Shown here one piece after another: positions 32,821 to 45,569 of a stretch of DNA of 64,000 bases (its first letter is position 1; each line of letters opens with the position of its first letter). The notes under the pieces are model-generated. The model saw nothing but the letters and a program-made list of their open reading frames with translations. It made no database searches and had not been told where the DNA came from. Position numbers and translations under genes: made by a program. Source of the stretch: Rhizophagus irregularis (lineage: Eukaryota); NCBI RefSeq assembly GCF_026210795.1, contig NC_089434.1, positions 1,426,001-1,490,000 on the forward strand. The letters run 5' to 3'.

Positions 32821-34010
32821 ATGACCGCTACTCTGTCAGTTATCGCACTTGTAGTATGTTTAAGAGAATCCTCTCACACAGCATTTGGGGACGCTATCTA
32901 TCATGAGAAAGTTTCCAATGAAAATCCTGTTTTTGGATTCAAACAGTTTTCAAACGCGCTGCACGATTATAATGAGGCGTTTAAAGAAGGGGACTTAGTC
33001 CATTTTGGTGGAAAGTTCACTATTGATGACAATAAATTAATGGTAAGTAATTTTTGTATGTATCTAAGGAATAATGACATATAATAATTTTAATAATAAT
33101 TTTATAATTTACTTAATAATAATAATTATAAAAATGATAATAATCTAATAATAATAATTATAAAAATTTATAAAAATGATAATAATTTAAATAATTTTTT
33201 TAATATTAATTACAAATATAATATTTTCATTTGTCTTTTTCATATAAACAGCTCTTAGTTGAAGCGGCATGTGTGCTAGAACCTCAATTAGGACGTAATG
33301 GAGAACGTTTGAAATGGGAACCTGAAAAAATTCCATCAACAAAGCCGTTCGTTCATATCACTACTTCTGCTTGTGAACCATTGTCAACATCAAATAATAT
33401 GAATTTTGTTAAAACCAAATCGTTGATTTATTCACCATTTCATTCTGCTGCACGTTACATTAATTTTGAGATTGGATATTCAAGTGAATCAAAATGGCTT
33501 GAATATCTTTCTGATAAATGGAGTAAATTTGCCAATTTTTTCGTCGCTGGATTTCTTGAGGCAATTTATACAGACGGATCAACAACATACGTACAGATAG
33601 ATGCAAAGTTGATCGATTATGATGTTCGATTTCGTACTTCAACTTCAAGTAACAATTACCAACCCTCACCACAAAGATCAACCACCAACGCATTTGCTCA
33701 AAGGAGGAATAAATCAACTCCTAATTCACCAGTAAAAACACATATTACCCCAAAATCGGATTCAAATACCACAGAAATAGAAAATGCATATGAAGAAGAA
33801 AGTGATAATGATTCAGACAAAGAAGATACAGTAGGAACAAATCAATCTCCTATAGACCTGGTTATGATAGATGATAATACGCCTATTAATGCTAATAAAA
33901 CTAAAAAACGCCAATTATCTGATTTGTGTGATGGTGAAATTGATCAACCTATTAAACCGAAAAGAAGTTATAATAAAAAAGGAGGTCGTGGAGGACGCGG
34001 AAAGAAATAA
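32821..34010 (+). CDS. Two-exon gene (32821-33042, 33252-34010), putative OB-fold ssDNA-binding (RPA-like) protein with disordered acidic/basic tail
   Basis: Intron 33043 GTAAGT...AACAG 33251. Beta-rich patterns FKEGDLVHFGGKFTI and FFVAGFLEAI...VQIDAKLIDY; tail ends KKGGRGGRGKK. Confidence 0.7.
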
Positions 34011-34769
34011 AAATTATTTTGCGTATTATACAAATAATAAGAAAATATGTCAAAAATCATTTCCATAAATTATAGAAATTAAATCTTAAAGAAATTAGTA
34101 ACAGAAAATTTAGTATTATTCACAAGGATCCACATTTTTTTGTTAAAAAAATATTTTTTTTCTATAATAATTTGTTTCACTTCTTTTAAAAAAAGAATAT
34201 ACATATATTTTCTTATATATAATAAAAACATAAAATTTATGATCTGAAATTATGATATAATGGTTTAATTTTATTAAAAAAAATAAATCTTTTTATAACG
34301 AGTGATTTCGTAACTAATTAATGTACACGTTAACATAATTATTTATGCTACACATAAATCTAATCTAAATTTATCAAAAAATTTTCTTAATACTGCTTAA
34401 TACAGGTTAGAATTTTTGCCAATTTACTTTTAATTTATTCATAATTTTAATATTATTTTACAATTTTACAATTGTAATAGCAGGAGATATAATTTGGCCT
34501 ATCGGTCATATATGTAATACGTATTACCAATTTAAATATAGGATTTCCGATTTTAATATTGCAACATGTGATCACGTATTACGGTTATTAACAAAGAATT
34601 TTTTTATTTTTTCAGCTGATTATTTTTTTGTCTTTTCGTTTACAAAAACCTAATAAAATAGAAGTAAAATTTTATTTTTTTTCCTTAAATATAAACAAAC
34701 ACATTTAAATTAAATAACTCAGAATTTAAATATAAACAAATATTATAGTTTGTTTACACATATTTCAAA

Positions 34770-35930
34770 TTATGGTTTGAGCATTTTGGCCAAAGTAAAT
34801 CTTGCTCTTTAATTGAAAGTAGTTCAGCAAGTTTGAAGCTGTTAAGATATTAATCTACATGAAAGCACAGTTAATATTTTTGGAGTTATTTACATTTTTA
34901 CATAATAGTACTAAGTTACAAAATTTTTTTTACCTTCAGAGCGTATTTTGGGCAGTTTAGTCAAAGTATATCAACTTCTTATATTAATTGAAAGTTTTTT
35001 GGCGGGTCAAAATCTGCTTGGATATTAATTTTCATGAAGGTACAGTTAATACTTGAAGAGTTATTCACGTTTTTCACAATGGAATTTTATTTTTTCTATT
35101 TTATCACTTTAGAGCGTATTTTCGGCACTTTAGTCAAAGTAAATCGACTTCTTATATTAATTGAAAGTTGTTCAGCGAGTAATAATCTGTTCGAATATTG
35201 GTTTTCATGAAGGTACAGTTAATACTTGAAGAGTTATTCACGTTTTTCACAACGGTACTCATTCACGAATTTTATTTTTTCCGTTTTGTCACTTCAGAGC
35301 GTATTTTGAGCACTTTAGACAAAGTAAATTGACTTCTTATATTAATTGAATGTTGTTCAGCAGGTGATAATCTACTTGGATATTAATTTTCACGAAGGTA
35401 CAGTTAATACTTGAAGAATTATTCACGTTTTTCACAACACGAATTTTATTTTTTCCGTTTTGTCACTTCAGAGCGTATTTTGAGCATTTTAGTCAAAGTA
35501 AATTGACTTCTTATATTAATTGAAAGTTTTTCAGTGGGTCATAATCTGCTTGGATATTAATTTTCATGAAGGTACAGTTAATACTTGAAGGGTTATTCAC
35601 GTTTTTCACAACGATACTCATTCACGAATTTTATTTTTTCCGTTTTGTCACTTCAGAGCGTATTTTGAGCATTTTAGTCAAAGTAAATTGACTTCTTATA
35701 TTAATTGAAAGTTTTTCAGTGGGTCATAATCTGCTTGGATATTAATTTTCATGAAGGTACAGTTAATACTTGAAGGGTTATTCACGTTTTTCACAACGGT
35801 ACTCATTCATGAATTTTATTTTTTCTGTTTTGTCACTTCAGAACGTATTTTGAACATTTTGGTCAAAGGAAATCGACTTCTTTTATTAATTAAAAGTTGT
35901 TTAGCAGTCAAAATCCAATTTTCATGAAAA
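34770..35930 (-). repeat. 173-185-bp tandem array (inverted copy of 18680-19840)
   Basis: GGTACAGTTAATACTTG recurrences. Confidence 0.9.
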
Positions 35931-36227
35931 TGCAGTGGAGTAATTTATATTTTTTATGATCATACTATACTGAATTGCAAATAAATTTACATTCTTTAAT
36001 GTATTTTTAAAATTTAAATTTTTATTTAATATTACTTAATAAATAAGGTTGCTTGCCGAAACTAGAGGGTTTCGGCAATACTTTCTATATGATTTAATTA
36101 GAGTTTCAGCATTTAAACAATTTATAAGAATAAAGACAATATGATTTTTTGTATGTAAATATTTATTTTATAATATTTAATATTAAACTAATAAAATATA
36201 CGATTAAAAATATAATAAAAATTAAAA

Positions 36228-36914
36228 TTATCTTCTATGTGGGGACCTGCTTCTACCTCTTCTTCTATCTCTACTTCTGTCCCGTCTTCTATCTCTACTT
36301 CTGTCCCATCTTCTATCTCTACCTCTATCTCGTCTTCTATCTCTACTTCTTGATCTACTTCTTGATCGAGACCTTGATCGAGACCTAGATCGCGACCTTC
36401 TTCTTTCCCTTCGCAATCTATATTCATATTGACGTCGATCATGCGCAGCATGCCGCCGTCGATACTCTCGTCTAAACAGATCTAAAATCCAATAAAAATA
36501 TTAATGAATTGAATGAATTGCCTAAATAAAATTAATTTAAAATAATAATTAATAATAATTACCGGTTTGTAACCAGAATTCATCATTCATATCGGCAAAA
36601 CACGCTCTATCGAAACTATTTGGGCTTGTAATAGGAATGCCGTCATCATTATTATTTATTATTCTACTGAGGTTTTCATAACCTCGTTTGAGGGCATTCC
36701 ATTTTGTATAGCACTGCCTGGGTGTCGCTGCAAATCCCGTTGCAGCGAACACCCTATTTGCTATTATTGTCCATGCATTAACATGGTAGCGGTTTGCAAT
36801 TCTTTCGAATTGCTGATGTAAGTTTCTTCGCTCCGCAATTAACTGCCTAGCAGCATTAATCGTCCATTGGAATACTGGTGGTGGCGGTGGAACAAAAGGT
36901 ACTAATGCTGCCAT
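36228..36914 (-). CDS. Two-exon gene (36914-36563, 36481-36228): Myb/SANT-like (trihelix) domain plus RS/RD-rich tail
   Basis: WTINAARQLI...AWTIIANRV...TPRQCYTKWNALKRGY; a GTAATT...TTTTAG intron joins in frame to DLFRREYRRR...RSRSRSRSRSRDRRRD. Confidence 0.8.
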
Positions 36915-38371
36915 TTTTTATTTTTTATGATTTTTTTGTAACTTGAAAATTAAATACAATTTGAAAATTAAAATACAATTTGGTTTTGAATTGCGAAAAA
37001 AAAATTCAAATTTCATAATATTTATAATAATTTTAAAATTCGTTATAATGTTTAAAACATGAACTGATGAACATAATAACATTCTACATAATTAAAGTAT
37101 TTGTAACAAAATAAACACAGTTTTGATTCTAATGTAATAAATTTAATTAACGCAGTTCTAAATTTTTTTTTGTAATGCAGTTCTTAAAATTTATTGATCT
37201 AATGTAATAAATTTAATTAACGAAGTCCTTAAAACTTATTGATTCTAATATAATATGCTTATCCTTATTCCTTAATTAAATTGCACTATTTTTAAAATAT
37301 AATATGCTTATCCTTATTCCTTAATTAAATTGCAATGTTTTAAAATATAATATAAAATTACAATTGCCTGCATTGCCTGCATAATTATATGTTAACTGGA
37401 CTTTGATCGCGAATATTTTGCCCTGCATAATTACATCATTTATTTCCTAAATAGTATCATTATTTAAATCACATGATATTAGAATTAATTCTCATTGGAT
37501 TAACTATTGTAATTATTTCTCATTATTATTATTCCTCACTATCATCATAATTATCGTCATTAACACTTTTATTAATAGAAAATTTAAAAACAAATTTTTA
37601 TAGTGATAAAAAAATTATTAAAAATACTAAATAAATAAAAGAATTACAATGATGGAAAAAAAAATGACTGACTGAAAAAGGAATAATATTCATTTAAAAA
37701 AAATTTGTAATTACAAAAACTGAAAATAACTGGATAGCTGCATCAGGACCCCGAACAATACATATAAAGGTCACATTAAAATCAAAATTTTTTACTATGA
37801 TCAATAAGCAAATGATTTTGGATTCTATCTCGCCAATTATAAGTGATCTACCTACTACTAATTTGTGATACTACAGACATCCCTCGCGCTCAAATTTTGT
37901 GTTCTTACAAATCTCTCCTTATAAATTCATTTGATAGATTTCTATTATTGGGACTTTAAAAGTTCCTTTCATTATTTTACATAATTTACAATTATAGGTT
38001 AAATTATTGAAATCAGTATCTTAATTTTTAAAATTAAATAATCCTAATTATTTCTAAAAATAAATTAATGGTCGCGACTTATTAATTTTATTATTTTAAC
38101 TCCTTAAATTAACTTATCGAGTATTACTATTTTTAGACTATTTTCCTTTGTTCTGAAAATAATTTTTCTGATATGATTTTCCTTTTCCAGAATTTTCCCT
38201 CATGTAACATTTATCCTTTTATTTGTTTTGCTAATTTTTACATGTTTACGCGTCACATCTCTTCATTATATAAGTATCTTCATTTTTCCTTCCTTTCTTG
38301 TTTTTACTTAATATTTTTCAAAATTTTCCTTCACTACACCTTTACTACACATCTATTTGTTCCTTCTCAAA

Positions 38372-39286
38372 ATGGTTGCCACTAGGAAATTTACCACCAC
38401 TTCTGCTTTAATTGCTGCTCATCCTTCTACTACTGCTGCTCGTCCTTCTACTACTGCTGCTCGTCCTTCTACTGCTGCTCGTCCTTCTACTGCTGCTCGT
38501 CCTTCTACTACTGCTGCTGCATCAAATAAGAAACGCTGTCGACGTTCTGCCACCTCTAACCGAAAATCTAAAAATCGCTTGAAGGCTTTGAAAGCTGCCA
38601 GAAAACCAAAGGTTCAACTTCTTGAAGGTGGGTATTGTACGCAAGGTTTACTAAATGATCTTAAAAGAGGTTGCCTGCAGACAGTATATTCGTATTCTCA
38701 GGGCATGGTTCTTGACGGTTCATTACCTGTAGACGGAGTATTCATATTCCCAGTGTCCAGTTCTTAAAAGGATTTTACCTTCTGCAGATCTTTTCTAAAC
38801 TATCGACTTTATCCACTTAGTTCTCGAACTAACTATCCAATTATTATCATATACACATATATACATATATTTTTTTTTAATTTAATTCAGAGGAACTTGA
38901 AAGTTGTTGTCGTCATCTTAATCATATTCAGAAACAACTTAATGAGGCACAAGACTCCCTTCATGACAGTATTCAACTAAGGTCTCAGCTGGAAGATGAT
39001 CTGACTATTGCACGATCAAAAATATTAGACCTTGAAGATGAATTAACGAAGCAGCGAAAAGAACAGAGAATGTTGGGTAAAAAGTATATGGAACTAAAAG
39101 GTATATTTCAATATTATATCTTTCAACTGTTATTATATATTATTTCTTTAATTAAAAATTTTATTAGAAGAGAATTATACCATTAAAACTCGTCAACTTC
39201 GTTCTCATTCTACTACTCCCGCTACTCCTATACCATCACAACTGACTAAAAGTAAATCTAAAAAGAAAGTAAAATTTGCCACTTGA
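38372..39286 (+). CDS. Three-exon gene (38372-38627, 38891-39100, 39168-39286): AARPST repeats, basic patch, coiled coil, C-terminal KKKVKF
   Basis: Both introns are GT-AG and phase 1, giving an open frame LLE|EELESCC...YMELK|EENYTIK...KKKVKFAT*. Confidence 0.65.
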
Positions 39287-41465
39287 TTTCTGTATTTTGG
39301 AAAGGCTTTTATTTCTTCTTTTTTTAGGTTTATGGATGATTCTTGGACAATTATTCATGGTAGGTTTATTTGTGTGGGTGTTAATGGTGACGTTATTAAA
39401 CTACATTAACATCCCTTTTTTTATTTTTAGATTCCCAGATAATTTTAAACAACATTCTTCATGGTAGATCCTTTGCATGGTGTTTAATGGTGTATTGTTT
39501 AATAATATTAATGCCTTTTTTTATTTTTTTTAGATTTTTGGATGGTGTCAATAAATTTTTTGGATAATTATGTGATGGTTTTAATGGTAGTACTAACCCC
39601 ATTATTTACTTTGTTTTCTAGGATTTTATTATGGTACGTAGGTTTTTTATTAAATTGGGTGATAATGGTGCTATTAAACAAAACTAATAATGCCTTCTTA
39701 TTTTTGTAGCATTTTTTGGATAGGAAACGCAAATGACATTAGACGCGATGAGATATCAAAGACATCTGAGACGTATTAGAAGTTTTTTGTTGGAATCGAA
39801 CCAACTGGAAAAATGTTCCAAACCATTAACAACATTTATAGTTTAGAAAGATAAAATATTAATGTAATACATATAATAAATATCTAGTTTTAAGCAAATA
39901 AAATAAATAAATGATGTTTATTAATAAATAATAATATACAATACACATAAAAATCAGTAAAATATCGGGATATATCAGGATATATTATCAATGAAATATT
40001 GTATTTTGATAATATACGGCAATAATTGAAAGTGCGAAAATTATTAGTACTCCATAAGTATTGCTCCGATTACTATGAAAATTTACGTGCAGGTAGATTC
40101 GACATCGCCGAACAACATTACTTAAACTTGAAAAGGCGATTACATTTGACTAAAATGCATTCCGAGCGTACCGACGTTAGTAAAAAAATAAAAAAATAAA
40201 GTAATATTATTGTGAAAAATACAATTTTTTTTATGAGTATGATGTCTAATTTTATGAGAATTAGATGTAATAAGTTCAATAATGTATTTGAAAACAAATT
40301 ATCAGTTTAAAAATTTATTTTATAAAAATTTTTGAACGTGTGAAATTTAATTTTATTTTTTATATATAAAAAATTACTCCTGTTACGCAAATCTATATAT
40401 GACTATTCATTTCTAATTTATTTGCTACGCAAATACAAATATGACGTTATGGAAATTTTACCCCTAAATACGCAAAATTCTATATGACTTAATAAAAAAT
40501 TTTATATGATGAATAAGCAAATTTTTTTGTCACCGTTCATTCCAAAAGGATGGGAATAGAAAAATTATTATTAATACAACTGAGTTTTTTTGTAAAAAAA
40601 GTGATTAAAATTTCATTAACTGGAAAAATTATATTAGCAATAAAGAATTGTGTACATATGAACATATGACCTGACCGCTAATCAAATAACATGGACAGAT
40701 CATGTTACATAATTCAAATTATTTATACAGACAGTATGACAGAATATTTCTCGGTTTACACAATTTTTTAAAAAGCTATCAATCGGCCGGTAAGTTGTAC
40801 AACCGATACCAAAACTGCATATATATATAGTAAATAAATAATATTAAATTAATATTAATAATAAATAAATATTGCACATAATTATAATTTATTTATTAAA
40901 TATATTAAATAATTCACTCAGTTTATACAATTATCGATCAGCCAGTAAGTTATATGGCCAATACCAAAACTGTGGTTTTTAATATATATATATAGTTAAT
41001 AAATAATATTAATTATTTATCAATATATTAAATAATTTTAGATATAACAGCTAAGTCATATATATAGCGAATAATAATTGCATTAATTACATGATAAATA
41101 AAATGAATAATCACGTATTTTACATTATTTTTAGGAAAAAACTGGTAATTAATTACCAGAATTACAAATAAGAAAAATAAGATAATAAAATCCATGTATT
41201 ACATAACACATATGATCTTCGGGAATCGGATATTTTGGCAGGTTTCGGCCTATCTTAAGATTCGGCCTAATTTTGAAGTTTCAGTCAAAATTACAAATTT
41301 CAGCCAAAATTTTGGATTTCTGGAATTTTATTGGTTAAATCCTTTCACAATTTAAAAATAGGGTTTTAGTAAAAGACCCTTTATTTTGGTATATTAACAC
41401 TGAAATGTAATTAAAATTCTTACATTAATAAATACATTTTTAATTTTTTCATATAATATAAAACT

Positions 41466-44400
41466 ATGAGTTTTACTGTTAATCATTGGAGAGTTGAAGT
41501 ATCAGATAATGATTCTGAATCTTATTTGAACTCAGAACATGAAAATTTTGATAGTTCATTATTTTCAAGTTATGCAGTTCGTCAACAAGCTAATGCAGAT
41601 CATTCTCGAATTCCAATTCAACCATCTTTGTCTTCTGCAAACATCACCTTTAGAGCTTATTTTCCATCCTGGCAACCTTCTATAAAATTGTGTAACTTAC
41701 AAGATCGGTTTAATACAACTATTCTTACTCAATATCCATGTGTTCCATGTAGTTATTGTTCTCGTTTACAGTATCCAACAAAGGCAAAGTGGGAACTATA
41801 TGATAGAACATTTAAATATCCTTTAGAAGAAGCTTATTCAAATAATCCACAAATCACATTAGTTTTTCATACTGATGATTCTCAACCTGCACGTATAGCA
41901 ACATGTTCTTCTTGTTATAATTCTAATAATCATCTTAAAATACCAATTCCTGATCCTATACCTGATGAAATTCAAAGTGTGCCTTTATATCATCGAATTT
42001 ATCTCTCACCTATTCATCTTAGTTGTTCATTAGGCCGAGTTCCAAATAGCAATGCTTACACAAACTATCGTCACTTAACTGGAACCTTTAACTACTCAAA
42101 AAATATTAATGCACTTGCATTATATTCTGGTACCATTGGTGCTATACTAAATAATAATCAATCAAATTCATGGTATCATTCTTCACTTGATAATGCAGCA
42201 AGATGGTTACGAGATCATAATCCTTATTTTAAACCATATCAAACTTTAATTAATCGTGGAACATGGGATGGGGCACCAATTATCTTTCCAAATGCCTCAC
42301 TTAGTAATACTTCTCAAAATCAAGACCAACCATTATTTAACATTAATTCACGTCCTTCTGCTGTAATACTACCTCCCTATGAACTTGATGCAGAAATTCA
42401 TAATGAAGATTACCATTATAATCGATTAATGGCAGGATTTTTAACTGATCCATATAATAAAAAATTACCAATATCTTTTTATGATAAAAATATTGAACCA
42501 CTTTTATTTCCTGACCTTTTTCCATATGGAAAAGGATTTTATATAAATGATGAAAATACAAATCGGCGATTTACAGATAGTTTAGGTAATTATGCAAAAT
42601 CTTTACTACTTTGTCCTGATCCCAGATGGAGATTATCTTGGTATTGGCCTCATTATATTTATTTAACAATTGAAAAATTAAGAAATCACCAAAATAGAAA
42701 TCGAATTTTAAATCAATATAATACTTCACTATCACATCAATTAACAACAGCAGATTTAATTACCAATAGTATTTATACTGGACGTCCAATAATTAATGAA
42801 AAAAATACAACAACTATACCTTCTTATATTAGAACAGGAGATTCTTATTTTCGCCAAAAAGAACATCATATTAATACTATGGTTCAAGGATTTGGTTTAC
42901 CACAAATTTTTTATACTATGACTATGGCTGAAAATCATTGGTCACATTTAAAAAATATTTTATTAAAAACTGATAACAAAGATCCCCTTCCTTCTAATCG
43001 TCCATTTCATACCTACTTGCATTATCATCATCGTTTAGCATCAATGCATCAATATCTTTGGAAAAATCCAAATTTAACTGATTGGGGTAACTGGTTACAT
43101 CATTTTGAACGTGATGAATTTCAAAATCGTGGAGCAATTCATACACATGGTATAGCTTATTTATCTAAATCAATTTCTGAATTAATTGATTCTAATGTAA
43201 TTAGAGCAGATATGCCAGATCCCAATTCTGAACCAGAATTATATGAATTGGTTAAAAAACATCAAATTCATACTTGTGATTCACGTTGTGGAGGTCCAGC
43301 TCCATCTGGTTCACGTTGCAAAAAAGGTTTTCCTCAACCATATTCAGATACTACACATGAAGATCCTAATTCCTTAAGATATATTTATCGTCGTACTAAA
43401 GAAGAAGATTTATATGTTATTCCATATCATGCACCAACATTATTTTTATGGAATGGTCATATTAATTTTCAATATGTAACAACACATCAATTTGCAAAAT
43501 ATATGACTAAGTATGTTACAAAATCTGAACCATCAGAATATTTTGATATTTCTGAACCTGATGCATTTCGAAAACATATTTTAGCAAGACGTCTTGGATC
43601 AATGGAATTAATGATTCTTTTACTTGGATATTCAATATGTCGATCATCAATTGCTGTTGAATTTCTTCCTTCTATTCCTCCTGAAATAAGAACTAAATCT
43701 ATAAAACCACTTTATTTATTACAACAAGAAGAACAATTATCTCCCTATTGGGATGATGCCATTGATAAATATTTTGATCGTCCATCTGATAATGAATTTG
43801 ATAGTATGACATATCCTTTTTATCATCGCAATTATACTATACAAAAAAGTCAGCCAAAAAATGGAATATATTATATAGATAAAAAAAACTGCTTTGTAAG
43901 AAAAAGACAAAAAGAAATTCTTGTACGTTTTCAACATTTAACAATTCAGCAATCAGAATCATTTTATTATCAACAATTACTACTTAGATTACCTGTTAGA
44001 AGTGAAACTGATTTAAAAAGCTTATATCAAACTTATAAAGCTCATTTTGAAGCTAAATATCCTACTGAATATTCATTAACTTTAAATTTTGTACAAAATT
44101 CAATGCAATCTAATATTCAAAGATATACAAATAATTATCAAAATTTAGTTAATAATTTGATATCTTCATTGCATGTAAACTTACAAGAAATTATTGGAAA
44201 TCAGTTAAATAATTTGTTACGTCAACCTATTCGCTCTTTAAATCTCTCATCTATGCTACTTTCTGAAGATCAATACAAAATAATGAATATACTTACAAAT
44301 AGTTGGGGAGAAAGATTACATTCTAAACATCCTTATTTTTTTCTAACTGGTTCAGCAGGTACTGGTAAATCTTTTATGATACATCTAATTAAAAATTTTT

Positions 44401-45569
44401 TAGCTGATAAAAAAACTGAATATTTATTGATGGCTCCTACTGGTGTTGCTGCACAAAATGTAAATGGAAAAACTATACATTCAGCACTATATATTAGAAA
44501 TACTCAAACCTATTTTGAAACATTATCTCATTATAATAATCAACAATTTGAAAAACTTAGCCAGATTAAAGCTATTATAATTGAAGAAGTATCAATGGTA
44601 TCATCAATTCTTTTATCTTTTATTAGTTCATTATTTGCAAAAATTAACAAATCACCAGTACCTTTTGGTGGAATTCCAACTTTACTAATTGGAGATATTG
44701 CTCAACTTCCACCTGTAAGTGGTAAACAAGTTTTTTATGCTCCAGAATGGCAAGAATTTTTCCCACTTTTTCTTACAACTTCTCATCGCCAACAAGATAG
44801 ATCATTTTATAATATATTAGAAGAAATGCGAATAGGAAATATAAGTTCAGAAACAAGAAGATTAATTGATGAAAAAGTGCAATCATATCAAAGTAACAAT
44901 GAAATGTCAACTGATACTACCTATATTTTTGGATTTCGTCATAGTGCAGATTCAATTAATAATTTAATCTGTGGTTATCTTCCTATTTTTAAAGATATCT
45001 CCTCTGGATTTTTAATTTCTACAGCTATTGATTATGTTAATGAAAAAGAATGTATACCAAAAGAATATGATAAACAATTTAGACATTATACTAATTTACC
45101 ATCTGAATTAATAATAAGAGAAGGAGCAAGAGTAATGTTTCTAACTAACAAATTATTTAATGAACAACTTTGTAATGGATCAATTGGTGTGGTAACTAAA
45201 TTAATAAATGAAAATCAAGTAGAAGTGGCATTTCCAATAAATAATGGGATAAATCAAGTTATAGTAGAAAAAATTACAACTTATTTTAACTTACATGGAG
45301 CTTCAGCACAACGAACACAATTTCCACTTCAAAATGCATTTGCTCTAACTGTACACAAGACACAAGGCCTTACATTACCCCATGTAACTGTATCATTGGA
45401 TGAACAAATGTTTGCTCATGGGCAATCTTATGTAGCAATAAGTCGTGCCACATCTTGGGAAAATCTAGAAATCCAATCTTTTGATCCAAATGCAATAAAA
45501 GTAGATGATGCAATGTTGTCAGAATTAAATAGATTACAGGAGAAGTTCAATACAATGTATTTATCATAA
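41466..45569 (+). CDS. Helitron RepHel transposase (HUH/Y2 Rep plus PIF1-family helicase), intronless, 1367 aa
   Basis: Rep motifs FYTMTMAE..W, EFQNRGAIHTHG and KYMTKYVTKSE; helicase motifs GSAGTGKS, APTGVAA, EEVSM, FGG..GDIAQLPPV, QFPLQNAFALTVHKTQGLTL and GQSYVAISR. Confidence 0.95.
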   Translation: MSFTVNHWRVEVSDNDSESYLNSEHENFDSSLFSSYAVRQQANADHSRIPIQPSLSSANITFRAYFPSWQPSIKLCNLQDRFNTTILTQYPCVPCSYCSRLQYPTKAKWELYDRTFKYPLEEAYSNNPQITLVFHTDDSQPARIATCSSCYNSNNHLKIPIPDPIPDEIQSVPLYHRIYLSPIHLSCSLGRVPNSNAYTNYRHLTGTFNYSKNINALALYSGTIGAILNNNQSNSWYHSSLDNAARWLRDHNPYFKPYQTLINRGTWDGAPIIFPNASLSNTSQNQDQPLFNINSRPSAVILPPYELDAEIHNEDYHYNRLMAGFLTDPYNKKLPISFYDKNIEPLLFPDLFPYGKGFYINDENTNRRFTDSLGNYAKSLLLCPDPRWRLSWYWPHYIYLTIEKLRNHQNRNRILNQYNTSLSHQLTTADLITNSIYTGRPIINEKNTTTIPSYIRTGDSYFRQKEHHINTMVQGFGLPQIFYTMTMAENHWSHLKNILLKTDNKDPLPSNRPFHTYLHYHHRLASMHQYLWKNPNLTDWGNWLHHFERDEFQNRGAIHTHGIAYLSKSISELIDSNVIRADMPDPNSEPELYELVKKHQIHTCDSRCGGPAPSGSRCKKGFPQPYSDTTHEDPNSLRYIYRRTKEEDLYVIPYHAPTLFLWNGHINFQYVTTHQFAKYMTKYVTKSEPSEYFDISEPDAFRKHILARRLGSMELMILLLGYSICRSSIAVEFLPSIPPEIRTKSIKPLYLLQQEEQLSPYWDDAIDKYFDRPSDNEFDSMTYPFYHRNYTIQKSQPKNGIYYIDKKNCFVRKRQKEILVRFQHLTIQQSESFYYQQLLLRLPVRSETDLKSLYQTYKAHFEAKYPTEYSLTLNFVQNSMQSNIQRYTNNYQNLVNNLISSLHVNLQEIIGNQLNNLLRQPIRSLNLSSMLLSEDQYKIMNILTNSWGERLHSKHPYFFLTGSAGTGKSFMIHLIKNFLADKKTEYLLMAPTGVAAQNVNGKTIHSALYIRNTQTYFETLSHYNNQQFEKLSQIKAIIIEEVSMVSSILLSFISSLFAKINKSPVPFGGIPTLLIGDIAQLPPVSGKQVFYAPEWQEFFPLFLTTSHRQQDRSFYNILEEMRIGNISSETRRLIDEKVQSYQSNNEMSTDTTYIFGFRHSADSINNLICGYLPIFKDISSGFLISTAIDYVNEKECIPKEYDKQFRHYTNLPSELIIREGARVMFLTNKLFNEQLCNGSIGVVTKLINENQVEVAFPINNGINQVIVEKITTYFNLHGASAQRTQFPLQNAFALTVHKTQGLTLPHVTVSLDEQMFAHGQSYVAISRATSWENLEIQSFDPNAIKVDDAMLSELNRLQEKFNTMYLS

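Noticed and set aside
36149..36451. ORFs 36149-36388 (+) and 36188-36451 (-, EIEDE repeats)
   Set aside because: Alternative frames of the RS-repeat exon; splice phase supports the RS frame.
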